64,000 bases of DNA. It comes from Candidatus Latescibacterota bacterium (GTDB lineage Bacteria; Latescibacterota; UBA2968; GCA-2709665). The stretch lies in contig CBDDDZ010000005.1 in the NCBI GenBank assembly GCA_965226795.1, positions 2,304,001 through 2,368,000 of the forward strand, read 5' to 3'. Under the pieces are notes generated by a model. That model had not been told where the DNA came from, did no database searches, and saw only the letters and a program-made list of their open reading frames with translations. How positions within the stretch are numbered: position 1 is the first letter of the stretch; every line of letters begins with the position of its first letter. Of the stretch, positions 42,461-54,079 are shown piece after piece. The position numbers were made by a program, and so were the translations under genes.

Positions 42461-43894
42461 TCAGGACGCATAAAGAGCAAATAGCTTGGCGCGGTCAAGG
42501 TACACTTTGACCTTGACCCCCCCGCGTGCCTGTGAGACCATCTTCTCTTCGAGCCCACCCTCTTTGTCCCCGACTGCGCCTGCCGGATCGCTTTTCCATT
42601 GTACCCGGTATTCTGTTTCATTCGCCGAGAAGAGTATGCAGTCTTCTTTGCCAAAACCCGGCACGACCCGGTCAAACGGATCGACTATCTCCACTCGCAG
42701 CGACCCACCTGTCGCATCGGCGTTGATCCACAATGCATTGGGCTCGATACTCAGCGGGACCGTGGTCACGACCCCCTGCGCCTCCGCCTTCAGACAGACC
42801 AGCCGGTCCTTTTCAATCTTTGCCAGATTGATTCCCCGCCGGGATTCTTCGCCGTAGCGCGTCCCCTCGCCGTGCAATTCGTTTGAGCAGCTGTGATAGA
42901 CCCAGATCTCGTCGCCGCGGACAAAGGGGGCATGAGACGGATAGACATTTCCACTGTCGTGGCTGCCGCGGGGGCCACACTCCAGAATGGGTTCGCGGTT
43001 GCCCGCCCGATGCCAGGTCCGGCCGTTCTTCGAGTAGGTCAACTGAATGTCCATCCGGTTCATCCATTCGGGCATCCAATCTTCGATCCGGTTTCGGGCG
43101 ATCCACCCCTCGTGGAGCGTATGAAACACGGACAGGAAGCCGATACGAAAGTCGCGATACGCCAGCGAACTCATGCCGTAAAACTCCTGGTCCTGCGGGG
43201 GATCGTGCTCATCGGGTGCGACGATGATCTTGCGCGGGGTCCAGTTTTCGAAATCATCGCTCTCGGCCATGCAAATGATGCGCACGTTAGGCCGGCCCCG
43301 CAGATAAACGACGTAGCGGTGAATTTTTGCATCCCAATAAGCGACCAGGTGGGTATCCGAGCCCTGTGGAATGATCGGGTTGAGCCAGCGTTGGGGCACG
43401 TTCCAATGAATCCCGTCGGCAGAATACGCCACACAGACCGGCTGGACAATGCCGGCGAATATCATGTCTCCGCTCTGGAACATAAAGAGCATCTTGTAGC
43501 GCTTGGCTGGGTCTGTTTCGATGGGGTCTTTCATGACTCCTGTCCCGGCCCCCCACCTCAAAAAGGGAAAGACCAGGTTATTCTCTTTCTGCCGCTGTCC
43601 TCGACGAGGTTGAGGACGGGTTTTTCCCAGTGGATCCCCTTGGGACACGGCGTAGGCCCCGTCCGCCACGTCGCCACACTTCGCTCAATCTTCGGCCCAC
43701 GCCGTACCACATCTTGAAGATATCTTCGTCGTCGTCGTACAGGACGTTGACGTAGCCGCCGATCAGCCACTCCTCTTCCCAGGCCCGATCCTTCTCAATC
43801 GCGGCTGTTGCGAAACCTTCTTTGCGGGTACGACCCCTTGCACGATCTGTCGAGATTCTCGATTAACGTATTGTCGAGAATTGAGGCCGCTTTC
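42461..43894 (-). pseudogene. beta-propeller glycosidase-like protein, frameshifted in the 5' part
   Basis: S.DGIHW, SDDFENW, SKNGRTW Asp-boxes; N-terminus spread over several frames. Confidence 0.65.
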
Positions 43895-43999
43895 TCGTCC
43901 GTCATTGGTTTCTCCTGGTATTGAATTACTCTTCGCCGTGAACCGGAATTCAATAGTTTGCTCGTTGGAATTTAGTGAGCAACTGATCATTCGATCGTA

Positions 44000-45338
44000 T
44001 TCTCAGGTCGGTTAATCCACACTTCGTCCGGAACGCATGGCGGACGGATTACCGTTGACATTTCCACTGTCGTTGGATACCGCGTGGGCCAGCACTTCCA
44101 GTCTGGGCTTCACGGTGTGAGCCCATAGTGCCCGATGCCAGGTAACCCCGGCCCGGTGTCGAGTATTGTACCAAGGACTGAAGGCCTGTCCATCTGGTTC
44201 ATCGCATTCTTGCGGCATCCAATCTTCGATCCTGGTATCTGGCGCGATTTACCCCTCGTGAATTGCGCTTTCAGAATACACGGTCATCGGAAACGCCGAT
44301 ACTGAAAGCTCGCCGAAGATCCATCAGCAATGCCGTAAAACGTCCTGGCCGTCATCGGTGCGCCGCGGTCGTGCAGCGTCAGTTGTCCGGGTTGAATGCC
44401 CTGCTTTTGGCAAGCGTTGGCAATCAGGTGCTTGGCAGTTTGTGGCGCTCTCCCTTGCGCGACCATCCAGGCCACGACATAGCGGGAGAACAGATCCAGT
44501 ACCACGTAGAGGGGATAGGTCACCCACTTGCGCGGTCCGCCTGGTGATATCCCACGTCCAGACCTGGTTGGGCGCATTAGCCATCAGGCGGGGTGGTTCC
44601 AGACGTGGATGACGCCGCTGGTCGCGCCGCTCGCTCGTTCCCAGCAGACATACCGTCCTTCCTCTAGCAACGCGGCGTAGACTGCCGCTGGCGCCCGGTC
44701 TGAGAAGCGATCCTCGTCTCCAGCACGGCAGCGCGCTCGTGCGGAGCCAACGCACGTGGCGACGACCGGCGGGCGCCGCAAGGACCCCATCGCGATGGCT
44801 TACGCGCACGGTACACCGAAGCACGCGCCACACCCAACGCCCGGCACGCCCCCGCCAAACTTTCGGGACCAGTTGTTCGGCCGCACGTATCATCGTCGTT
44901 CGCCCGACGGACTGTTCAGGGGGTGCCCAGGACGGAGGCTTTTTTTTGGATCCGAGGATCTTGCGCCTGCTCCAGCCGACGCCGCAACCGGGCGTTTTCC
45001 GTCCGCAGTTGCTCGTTCTCGACGGCTACCTTCCCTCGACGACCCTTCGGACCCCGCGGCTTGGAAACGTGAGTACCCCTGTCGATGACGCCACTGGGTC
45101 AACTGCGAGGAAGTCAGCGCGCCTCTTCCCGGGGCCCGGACGCGTCGCTTCTCAGGATGTGGATGCGCGGTGAAGCGACTTCGCTTGCGGGCACGATCCC
45201 CTTCCGGATCAGGCCTCGACGCTGTCGAGATTCTCCAAAGTATTGCTTGAATTGTCTACAGGCATCGGTTCTCGTCCGTCATCACATGGTCTCCTCTCCA
45301 ATATACGACATTAAACTCGAAGAGAAAGTTGTCTCACC
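44000..45338 (-). mobile_element. degenerate IS3-family remnant interleaved with glycosidase-paralog fragments
   Basis: PNQVWTWDIT, LYVVLDLFSRYVVAWMV, HDRG, VWINRP; TGTCTCA end motif. Confidence 0.7.
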
Positions 45339-45492
45339 CTAATCTTCGCGTGAACTCGCAGAGCTTACAATGAGGTCTTCTCTTATTGCGCCAGGCACCA
45401 CAGCTGCTACATAGAAATCCCCAACATACGGTAGAATGTCGAAGATCAATTATCCGTGCTGGGTTGAAGCCGATTCCTCGCTCTTACACAAC

Positions 45493-46368
45493 CTATATCT
45501 CAACAGTCGTAAGCTCGTCAGGACGCACGATACAACCGCTATATCCATTCCCATGGTAGCCTCGGCGGAGCCTGCCGACGATGTCCTCACTGCGCGGCGA
45601 ACCGCAGTGGATGACCACGACCCTCGATATTCCAGCTTCATTAGCGATGTCAACGACCTCTGATATGTCCGCGCTGACGCCCCGGATCGGATGCGAAGCA
45701 TCTTCGTCATTCTCCTTGAAATTGCGCATAGAGAGCCCCGTAACGAATGTATCAACCCCCCTGGCCAATGGCCTCAGTTCGGGACAGTCCGCTGCATCGC
45801 ACAGGAAGAGCACGCTGCCGCTATCCGTATCGATCCGGTATGCTAGCTCGGTTAGGTAAGGCTCGACATGAGGAACCTGTACAGCCGTCGCCTTCCAACC
45901 TTTCCCCTCGACAACCGCTCCTGAACTGATGTCGGATACATCGACCTTCATGCCCGGACGGGGAAGCGTTCCGCCTCTCCCCACGTGCCCGTGGTGGCTG
46001 ATGTGGTGTTCTCGACGCGCAACGATGTCGGAAAGGAAAGCGCCGTCCTTGCCAAAAAGGCGATCGACGAATTCGACAGTCGGAGGCGGACCAAAGACTC
46101 TGAGGGGAGGAAGATCGCCGGGGTCTAGATCGAACCGTAGCAAGGCAAAGCACGGGAAATCAACGATATGATCCGAATGATGGTGAGTTAGGAAAACCGA
46201 ATTCACCTGTGTAGGACTCATTCCCATACGTGCCATCTTGTAGGTGGTGCCGGGGCCGCAATCAACCATGATACGATCGTCACCGATCTCGAGAATGCAG
46301 GAACACCCGTAGCGTTCACCCATACGGCTGGGACGCGGACCACCGTTACCGAGAATGTGTAGATTCAT
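45493..46368 (-). CDS. MBL-fold hydrolase (RNase Z/AtsA-like)
   Basis: VDCG, THHHSDH. Confidence 0.85.
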   Translation of the reverse strand: MNLHILGNGGPRPSRMGERYGCSCILEIGDDRIMVDCGPGTTYKMARMGMSPTQVNSVFLTHHHSDHIVDFPCFALLRFDLDPGDLPPLRVFGPPPTVEFVDRLFGKDGAFLSDIVARREHHISHHGHVGRGGTLPRPGMKVDVSDISSGAVVEGKGWKATAVQVPHVEPYLTELAYRIDTDSGSVLFLCDAADCPELRPLARGVDTFVTGLSMRNFKENDEDASHPIRGVSADISEVVDIANEAGISRVVVIHCGSPRSEDIVGRLRRGYHGNGYSGCIVRPDELTTVEI

Positions 46369-46576
46369 TTGACCGTCACCGGGTAGCCTTTCACTTATTG
46401 TGTACTCATATTGGTCTTCTCGCCGCCAACTCTTGCTTATACGGAAAAATCTGGTCGAAAAAACTCCGTATAGCTCATTCGCTGTCGAACAAATCCATCA
46501 AGCAAGAGAAGTGGTTCGAAGATTTTCCTGGCGGCCGGGACGGCCGCCTGTTTTGACTTTGGCGCGTGCTTTCTGT

Positions 46577-46667
46577 TAACGTTATGCCGGTTTGCGAGGG
46601 CCGAACTGACAAGGCGTTGCCGATGGCCAAGGCGGCGACCGCAGCAGCAGCGCAAACTGTGCTGTTA
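46577..46667. repeat. att-like site
   Basis: TAACGTT..GGTTTGCG...CGCAAACT..CTGTTA. Confidence 0.85.
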
Positions 46668-47200
46668 TCTGACGTGCGATACCCAAATTGTATCGCCCGC
46701 AACGTAACGCGGTTCGACACGTCTACCTGGTGACCACCCAATAGGTGTTGGTTTCCTTCGCCGATCCGACGTATGGCTCACAATCTTGGCTTCCGAAGAA
46801 CTGCCAACGATCGAATCCTCCCAGACGCAACAGCAATTGGAACTCTTCCGGGTAGATCCATCGTGCACGCATCGGCACTTTGCTGTCTCACAGTCATGCC
46901 TAAAGGTCCAGGTGTAGCTTTCCGTTTGTGACGAATGGTCGCAGATCTTCGAGTAGCTTACCTCGATCTCTTTCTCGGTCTCGGGATTGATAAACTCGCC
47001 AAATCTCTCTTCAGCAGGTGGGGATTCTTGATGGAGGAGCAAATCGTCTACGTAGGACGGAACGTAGAAATTCAATAGCAAACGTCCCCCGGGAACGAGA
47101 CAGTCGTAGACACTCTGAAGGGGTCTTTCGTTTTATGTCCTTTCTTGAGGAAATCCAGTGCATGTCCAAAAGACATGGATATTATTGTCTTTGCTTGTGC
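46665..47200 (-). pseudogene. degraded methyltransferase-like fragment
   Basis: PGGRLLLNFYVP followed by frameshifts. Confidence 0.4.
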
Positions 47201-47284
47201 CCCCTTTGATTTTCAAGTTCTACCCCTCAAGCTTTTCGTCCGTAACGGGTGGAATTGAACGCAAGAAACTTAATTGAAACAGTA

Positions 47285-47935
47285 CTAAGTTTGCATAAGC
47301 TCATGGATCAGCGGTGGGACCTGACGGATATCGGTCAGTTGCCGCAGGGCACCGGTGAAGTCCAGGCCGCGCGTCAGGCCCTGCGGTATGACGATGCAGC
47401 GCAGCCCGGCCGCCAGTGCGGCGCGCAGCCCCCGGTCCGAGTCTTCGATTACGACGCATTCGGCGGCGCTAAGGCCGTTTTGCCGCATAGCCGTGAGGTA
47501 GGGCTCGGGGTCGGGCTTGGAATGCCGGTAGTCTTCTTGCACGAGCGTGAAATCGATGCAGTCCAGCAGGCCGGTGGCGGCGTGGATGATCTCAAAGTGC
47601 TCCCGCCGCGAACTGGTGACGATGCCCATGCGCACCGTGCCGTGGAGTTGGCGCAGCACTTGGCGGGCGCCGTCGATGACGGGTACACCGGCGCGCAAGA
47701 GTTCGGTGTAGCGGGCGTTGCGCCAGATGCGGGCGGGCTCCAGCGCCTGTTCGTCTATGCGGTGTTCGGCGGCGAACCTGGTAAGGCCATCGCTGGCCTT
47801 GAGGAAGAGCTCGATAAAACGGGCTTCGCTCAGGCGGACGCCGAGGGGTTCCAGGGTTTCGCGGCAGGCCTGGAAGTACAGGCCTTCGGTGTCGACCAGG
47901 ACGCCGTCGTTGTCCCAAAGAATGGCTTTCAGCAT
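47285..47935 (-). CDS. HAD-IA phosphatase (high GC)
   Basis: WDNDGVLVDTE, KPDPEPY, IEDS. Confidence 0.9.
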   Translation of the reverse strand: MLKAILWDNDGVLVDTEGLYFQACRETLEPLGVRLSEARFIELFLKASDGLTRFAAEHRIDEQALEPARIWRNARYTELLRAGVPVIDGARQVLRQLHGTVRMGIVTSSRREHFEIIHAATGLLDCIDFTLVQEDYRHSKPDPEPYLTAMRQNGLSAAECVVIEDSDRGLRAALAAGLRCIVIPQGLTRGLDFTGALRQLTDIRQVPPLIHELMQT

Positions 47936-48050
47936 GGCGCTTTATTTCCTTTTCGCCGCTTCGCATAACGGCCTGTTAACCGCTGGCAGCCCCATCACGG
48001 CGAAGCCTATCACGGGCAGAGATAAAGCGCGCACCATCAGGCTTCTGATT

Positions 48051-48812
48051 CTACATGACCGGCCTGAATCTGGTTTGAAGAATCCTTTGGGCTGACAACT
48101 CACCAAAAGGCGCACCACAACACCTGACATCCTCCACAACCTTGTGGTAATCGTAACTCAATCGGTGATTTTCCACATGCCATTCCTGCCCATCCCACCA
48201 CACTCTGGCATATCCAGCTCGATGATCCCCGTCAAACGGAAACCCAACTGAATCAATGATGCTATACCGCTGACCGCACGGAACGCCACAGGCCGCATAG
48301 TGCAGGTGTCCCGCCACAATCAGATTGGCCTCCGCATCCCCCAGCAGTGTCCTGGCCTCCTCTTCTGGCGTAACGGTCAGAAGCCTGAACGGATCCTGAT
48401 CAGGTTGAAGAACCAAAAAACCGGCCACATCAGTAGGCGTTGCGTGCACAATGAGAAGATCATCCTCCGGAGACTGCCCTCCCGGTGGCGTTATCCTGTA
48501 CTCAAAGGGCAGACCCTTCAGATAGCTCAAGCCATCTGTTCCCAGCTTCTCTCTCACCCAGTCCAGTCTTTCCCCGGAATGCTGTTCATCAAAGACCAAC
48601 AGGTCTGCGTTCCCGTAAATCGTGGGAGCGCCCAGATTTCGTATCGCGTCAAGACTCTCGACCGGGCGGGGTCCGTTCAGCACCAGGTCGCCGGCGACCA
48701 CCAGACGATCATAGGGTTGGCTTTGCAGATCCTCAAGAACAGCGTTGAGTGCAGCGACGTTGCCGTGAATATCTGCAATTACCGCAACTGAGTATGACGG
48801 GGAATCATTCAT
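48051..48812 (-). CDS. metallophosphoesterase
   Basis: ADIHGN, GD, GNAD, VHA, GHLH. Confidence 0.9.
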   Translation of the reverse strand: MNDSPSYSVAVIADIHGNVAALNAVLEDLQSQPYDRLVVAGDLVLNGPRPVESLDAIRNLGAPTIYGNADLLVFDEQHSGERLDWVREKLGTDGLSYLKGLPFEYRITPPGGQSPEDDLLIVHATPTDVAGFLVLQPDQDPFRLLTVTPEEEARTLLGDAEANLIVAGHLHYAACGVPCGQRYSIIDSVGFPFDGDHRAGYARVWWDGQEWHVENHRLSYDYHKVVEDVRCCGAPFGELSAQRILQTRFRPVM

Positions 48813-48926
48813 TTCACATCTCCAAAATTTCGAGGTGGCGGGCAGTGGTTCTTGCGCGCCTTCAGTTTTTGCCGCTTATCGTTCGCGCCCGCGGGAAACC
48901 CTCCCGCAACGAGTCAGAGATCTTGC

Positions 48927-50240
48927 TCATATTCGGCCCCCTTCGGGTACCTCGCGCCCGCCGTCCCAGACGCCTGGCTTGTCGGTCCCCGTCGGCCAGT
49001 ACCCGTCGGCGTCTTCATCCCATTGGTTTCCGCACAGCGACGAGATGATGGTCCATTCCGCCGCCCCGAAATCCGGCTCGGGATGGTATAGGAAGCGCTT
49101 CAACCCCGCCTCCTGCGAAGCAGTCAGGATGCCGTAGAGATCGCGCGCCTGCATCGGGTCGCCGCCGTGGGGGCGGCGCCCCGTGGACACCCAGGCTATC
49201 ACCTTGTCGGGATCACCTATGGCCGCCAGGGCCCGCCGAGTCTCGTTGTAGACCACCTTGGAGAAGAATTCGTCGGGGAAACCCATCTCCATGTCCATAA
49301 GCGAGTTGATGCCAGGCAGCTCGATGCCCAACAGCGCCTTCACTACGGCGAAACACTCCGCCTCGCTCAGGGACGGATTCCACTTTCGCAATCGTCTTAC
49401 CCAGCGGGATATGGTTCCGTACATGCCGTCCATGCCGCGGTGCCAAAAATAGTGTTTCGGAAAGATATAGTCGAAATACTCCGCCATCTGACAGTAATTC
49501 TGTCCGGTGAGCGATGACCACGTCACGGCCCGCGGGATACCGCCCAACTCCACCTTGCGATCGACGGCGTCGACCTGTTGCCGCATGTACTGCCAGTCGA
49601 AGCGAGAGCGCTCCTGACGCTTGCGCAGCCAGTAGAGCACGTCCTCGTTGACGTCGAACAGGAGCATTGCCCCCAGCATCCCCCCGTCGGCGTGGTACCG
49701 CACCATTTCCGGTGTCAGATTGTGCAAACGCTCCCGAAAGTGGGTGATGCCGCGTTGTATTCGATCAATCTCGGCGCCGACCTGGGCGAAGCGGCCCTCC
49801 TCACCCGGACGGATCTCCAGGAGTTCGCCCCCGTGGTGGAAGGCAAGCTCGTAGTGGTTTTCGCCCGGACCGTCGACAATGACGCCGTGCACCTGCGGAA
49901 AGGCGTTCATTAGGTCCTGCACGTGGGCGGTCGGGCCGCCTCCGGCGAAAATCAGTAGTCGCCAGCCCCGCTCCGCGGCGTTGTCCAGCATTGCGTGCAG
50001 CTTCTTCTCTTTTGAGAGGTCGCGCGGACGCTGCTCCGGGACTTCCGCCCCCAGGGCCTCGTACACCTTCGGGTCGGGAGCCCACGCCGGAATGGTGGTG
50101 CCATCCTCCTGGAGGAATGCCATGCGGCCGACGGCCAGACCGCGCACGCCACCATCCGCCCAGGCGTCGAACCGCTCCTCGAACCCGTCGAGCCAGTGTT
50201 CGAACGGGCTGTCACTGCAGGTGAATACCCAGAGTTTCAT
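48927..50240 (-). CDS. conserved hypothetical 437-aa protein (paralog of 36202-37578)
   Basis: shared motifs; GGAGG RBS. Confidence 0.8.
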   Translation of the reverse strand: MKLWVFTCSDSPFEHWLDGFEERFDAWADGGVRGLAVGRMAFLQEDGTTIPAWAPDPKVYEALGAEVPEQRPRDLSKEKKLHAMLDNAAERGWRLLIFAGGGPTAHVQDLMNAFPQVHGVIVDGPGENHYELAFHHGGELLEIRPGEEGRFAQVGAEIDRIQRGITHFRERLHNLTPEMVRYHADGGMLGAMLLFDVNEDVLYWLRKRQERSRFDWQYMRQQVDAVDRKVELGGIPRAVTWSSLTGQNYCQMAEYFDYIFPKHYFWHRGMDGMYGTISRWVRRLRKWNPSLSEAECFAVVKALLGIELPGINSLMDMEMGFPDEFFSKVVYNETRRALAAIGDPDKVIAWVSTGRRPHGGDPMQARDLYGILTASQEAGLKRFLYHPEPDFGAAEWTIISSLCGNQWDEDADGYWPTGTDKPGVWDGGREVPEGGRI

Positions 50241-50276
50241 TTTTCCCTCCTTTGGGGTAAAAGGGGCGATTTCCGT

Positions 50277-50374
50277 TAACGGCCTCGCGATACCCGACGT
50301 TGCCGGAGCGTAGCGGAGGTAATGTGCCCGGAGGGCCGAATGACCGAAGGGAGTGTAGCGGGCATCGCGTGTTA
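50277..50374. repeat. att-like site
   Basis: TAACGG..CGCGATACCCG...CGGGCATCGCGTGTTA. Confidence 0.88.
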
Positions 50375-50512
50375 AGCGTCCGTGTTGTTTTTTGTCATCA
50401 GGAATGGAATAAAGGAGCGGACATCACTTTCTCTGTTTTTCCGGTTTTTCTGCTTTTCAACAAGAAGATTACTGTTGTACCGATTCCTCGCCAGATAGCA
50501 ACTTACGGAGGT

Positions 50513-50947
50513 CTATGTTGATATATTCGATACGCAGTCGAAACCAACGGATCGACACTGAATCTGAATTGTACCTTCCAACAGAATCTCCCTGTGCTCG
50601 TCCTTCCTCTCGTTCTGCCAGTATCGTCGCGCCCGCTCGAACATCGATTGAAGGGTTTCGAATTCTTCGAAGTAACTTATCAGGTTCATATCAGCAGCGA
50701 ACGCGCGCGAGCATTCAAGAATCTCGATATCATACAGTTCGCACGCTTCCCTATGGGAGTCGAATCGTCTGGCAGCACTCGCTTCTGGCCAGAGAAACAG
50801 GCAATCAAACCGACTTGGCCTATGGGGAAATTCCCGTAGACGAACAGTCTCCCACGCGAGTTCCATCATGACACGACCTGTCTCGGCGGCATTTGGAACC
50901 GTTACCGCGAGAGAGTCCGCTTGGACTTCGATCAGGATCTGACGCAT
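50513..50947 (-). CDS. hypothetical (DUF2441-like) protein, 5' end uncertain
   Basis: E.VR..FPHRPSRF.CLF, ARRYW, EILLEG. Confidence 0.45.
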   Translation of the reverse strand: MRQILIEVQADSLAVTVPNAAETGRVMMELAWETVRLREFPHRPSRFDCLFLWPEASAARRFDSHREACELYDIEILECSRAFAADMNLISYFEEFETLQSMFERARRYWQNERKDEHREILLEGTIQIQCRSVGFDCVSNIST

Positions 50948-51094
50948 TAAATGGGTCTGGAAGTCTCCAGGTCTTACAACGGCTCCAGAGCGAAGGCCAG
51001 ACTTCGCCGACCAAAGCAGGTGAGTTCCTGGACCAATATGTTGTAGAGCCCGTGCTCGCTGGCTCGGCGTCCATCCAGAACCCCGTCGAAATTC

Positions 51095-51340
51095 TCACTC
51101 ACAGAACTGAAATGCGTAGAGCTTCGCGTCGCGCATGATGAAGCGTATCCTGACCGGTTGGCCGGCGAGTTGGCGAAGGTCGCCAGCGGGCCACGAAACG
51201 GGCAGCCTGACGGAATTGCCGACGTGCCATATTGAATCTGCGCCACTATACCCCTCAAGCGGACTTCCGTCTTCGGCGAGTAGTTCAACGCGCACGCTGC
51301 CTCCGGCGGCTGTGTCGACATTGAGTTCGAGGCGCGATCC
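51095..51340 (-). pseudogene. C-terminal fragment of a glycosidase-like protein
   Basis: LELNVD..GGSVRVEL...IRFIMRDAKLYAFQF, similar to the 3' end of the 42461 ORF. Confidence 0.55.
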
Positions 51341-52442
51341 GTAATTCGCCGGTGTTGGCGAATCGGCTGTGGTACTGGCACAGCACTCGGTCCGGTCGAT
51401 CCGCCCGTTTGCCGGCTAGTTCGGGCATCAGCGACACGCCGCCCAGGTCCTCCGGCGTATCGAGTTCGGCCATGTCCATAAACGTCGGATAAAGGTCTAC
51501 CAGGGACACCAGCGCATCGACCTCGTGCCCCGCGCGTACATCCGGGCCGGCGACGATCAGCGGCACGCGAGCGGACGCCTCGTACATCGCGTTTTTCAGA
51601 TGTTGGCGATGTTCCATATTCATCTCGCCGTGATCGCTGGCGAACAGTACATAGGTGCTGTCCATCAGCCCGAGCCGATCGACCGTGGCCATCACCTCAC
51701 CTACCATTTCGTCGACTTCCGTCACCATCGCGAAATACGTGCGCCGCACCGCGCGAATTTCGTCTTCGGTGAACGGATCGGCGCAACCCTTGGTCGCGCA
51801 CATGTAGTCCACCACGGGATGCAGATGGGCCTCATACGGTGGAATGGTCACTGCGTCGGGGTCAATTCTGTCGAGATAGTATTGCGAGGAGACGAAAGCG
51901 GGGTGCGGACAATCCAAACTGCAGTGCAGGATGAAGGGCCGGTCGCCCGCCTGGCGCGTCTCCAGGTAGGCGATGGTGTCCTCGACCTTAGCCCAGTCGC
52001 GCTGGTGTACGCGACGCTCATCCGTTGCGACGTGCTTCAGGCCCGGAAGCGGTCCGGTGCTGCGCGATAGCCGGATGTTGGCCGCGCGGGTCCAGGACGA
52101 TATTCGATTGTGCAGTGAATGGCGGCCTGACAGGTAATCCGTCTTGCCGTAGGCCTGGTGGATATAGCCCGCGTCCTCCAGGTCGGAGACATAGGTTCGC
52201 TCGTCCGGCTCGAGCCCCTTATAATTGTTCCATCCTTCGATGACGTGGGTGTGTTTGCCGCTCCAGCGACTGGAGCGCGACGGGCAACACTGGGGAGAGC
52301 TGCAATAGGTGTTGCGGAACAGAGCGCCGCGCTCCGCCAGATGGTCCAGGTGCGGCGTCTTCACCGCCGGATGGCCGACGCACCCCATCGCGCGCCCGTC
52401 CATGCTGTCGCATTCGATGAACAGGATGTTCCGCTTGCTCAT
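51341..52442 (-). pseudogene. sulfatase (choline-sulfatase-like), 3'-truncated
   Basis: CCPSRSS, YGKTD, SDHGE, RVPLI. Confidence 0.85.
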
Positions 52443-53034
52443 GGCGTCGTCGGTGCGTCCTCGCTCGGATCCCAGATGGTCGCCGCGATGTGCTGCTGGG
52501 GATTCTCGGCGCTATTGAAGTAGTAGATCGTCACGAGCTTACCGTCCGGTCGTACGACCATGCGCGGATAACCCATGTCTCCGTACTGCGCCCCGTCACG
52601 GATCGCGATCTCTTCACCCCACTGGGTCCCGTCAGGGGACGTGAATCGGGCGCGTATCCCGCTCTGTTTGCCTGCCCGGTAGCCGTAGCCGCACACGAGG
52701 CGTCCGTCGGCGAGGCGGACCAAAGCCGGCGGATTGCCGTTGGAGGGGAGGTCGGGCGGGTGGGTGGCGGCGACCTTGCCCAAGAAGCGCCAGGAGACGC
52801 CGCCATATTATAGCTGGCCGCTTCTTCCCGCTGCCAGCTCTCGCCCCCGTCGCGGCTGCGCGAAAGGGCTGGGAAGGATGGTTGCTCACCACTGATTCGG
52901 TGGCCCTGTTCCTTGAACTCGTAGTCGCCGTTCGTATAGCCAACGACGATCTCGTCCGCCCAGCTCCATACCCCGTCGTTGGCCGGCCAGCCCAGGAATC
53001 GGCCTTCCTCTCCGGCTACGATAATATGCTTCAT
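52439..53034 (-). pseudogene. sialidase/BNR-repeat protein with internal deletion or frameshift
   Basis: SRDGGESW, DMGYP; two frames. Confidence 0.65.
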
Positions 53035-53088
53035 GAGACGACCTTCATGATGGCGTACAATGTTCGGATCTTCTTTCCTCATTTCATC

Positions 53089-53173
53089 TAACGTTTTCAC
53101 GGTTTACGAACCTGCGTAGCAGGTTGCCAAAGGCCAAGCCGCCGTAGGCGGCGAAGCGTAAACCGCTGTGTTA
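53089..53173. repeat. att-like site
   Basis: TAACGTTTTCACGGTTTACGAAC...CGTAAACCGCTGTGTTA. Confidence 0.93.
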
Positions 53174-53273
53174 GATGAAGTGGGATCTAAGCCAATGCCA
53201 AACACGCATAGATTACCGCCAGGGCTCAGCCGAGCCGTCCTCGGCGTCAGCTGCAGCCCTTGATTCGCCGGTG

Positions 53274-53741
53274 TTACTCAGGCCGCAAGTTCACTCTGTA
53301 CCGACACGTCGGCCCGAATTCTCCTGGCTCCCGTTCGGTTTCGATGGTGTCGACATACTCTGCGCCGATCAACTCACATGTTCTCCTGGATGCGAGATTA
53401 TCGGATCGGGAAGTGATTAACACCGAGTTGATCCCATGGCGCAGGGCAAGGGGAAACAGCAGGCGACAGCTGCGGGCAGCGTATCTGTTCCCGCGATATT
53501 CGTCGTCCACGTCGTGGCTCAGATTTCCTCCATACTGCTCGAGCCTTTCCGTGCACCGCGTTCTGAGGCGGATACTGCCGATCTTCACGTCGCTGCCAAT
53601 AAGCCGCATCTCGAAACGGTACTCCGGCACCCGTCCCGTGTCAGGATCAGATGGAAGCGTCTCGGTGAGGACGAGCTCAAGGTCTCCGTCGACCAAGTGT
53701 CCTGGATCGTGGAATTCACACTCGGAATTCTTTCGGGTCAT
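53274..53741 (-). CDS. GNAT acetyltransferase cassette
   Basis: YGGN, YRGNRYA, DNLASRRTCE. Confidence 0.8.
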   Translation of the reverse strand: MTRKNSECEFHDPGHLVDGDLELVLTETLPSDPDTGRVPEYRFEMRLIGSDVKIGSIRLRTRCTERLEQYGGNLSHDVDDEYRGNRYAARSCRLLFPLALRHGINSVLITSRSDNLASRRTCELIGAEYVDTIETEREPGEFGPTCRYRVNLRPE

Positions 53742-53848
53742 CCGGTATTCTCTGCGGCCAACTTGTGATTGAACGGCGAATATGCAGTATATCTCCAGAA
53801 TATCGGGAGATACACTGCAAGACCCGACTTTACTTTTCCCATTTCATC

Positions 53849-53986
53849 TAACGGTCAAGCACCCACGAACCTGCCCAGCTGGCACGGCGCTTGCCCCTCA
53901 CGATTCTCATCAAGCAAGCGCCCGTGACAGCGCCAGGCAGGTTCCGCGAAGGGGCGCAAGCCCCGAAGCCGGGGGTGCCGTTGTTA
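53849..53986. repeat. att-like site (long)
   Basis: TAACGG..GCACCCACGAACCTGCC...GGCAGGTTC...GGGTGCCGTTGTTA. Confidence 0.88.
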
Positions 53987-54079
53987 GCCGATGCGGCGCG
54001 CCCCGGGTCCAGGCGCAGCCCTCAAAATGGGTCAGTCTAGCGCACACCATACACGGCCCCGCTTGGTTTTTCCTGACTC

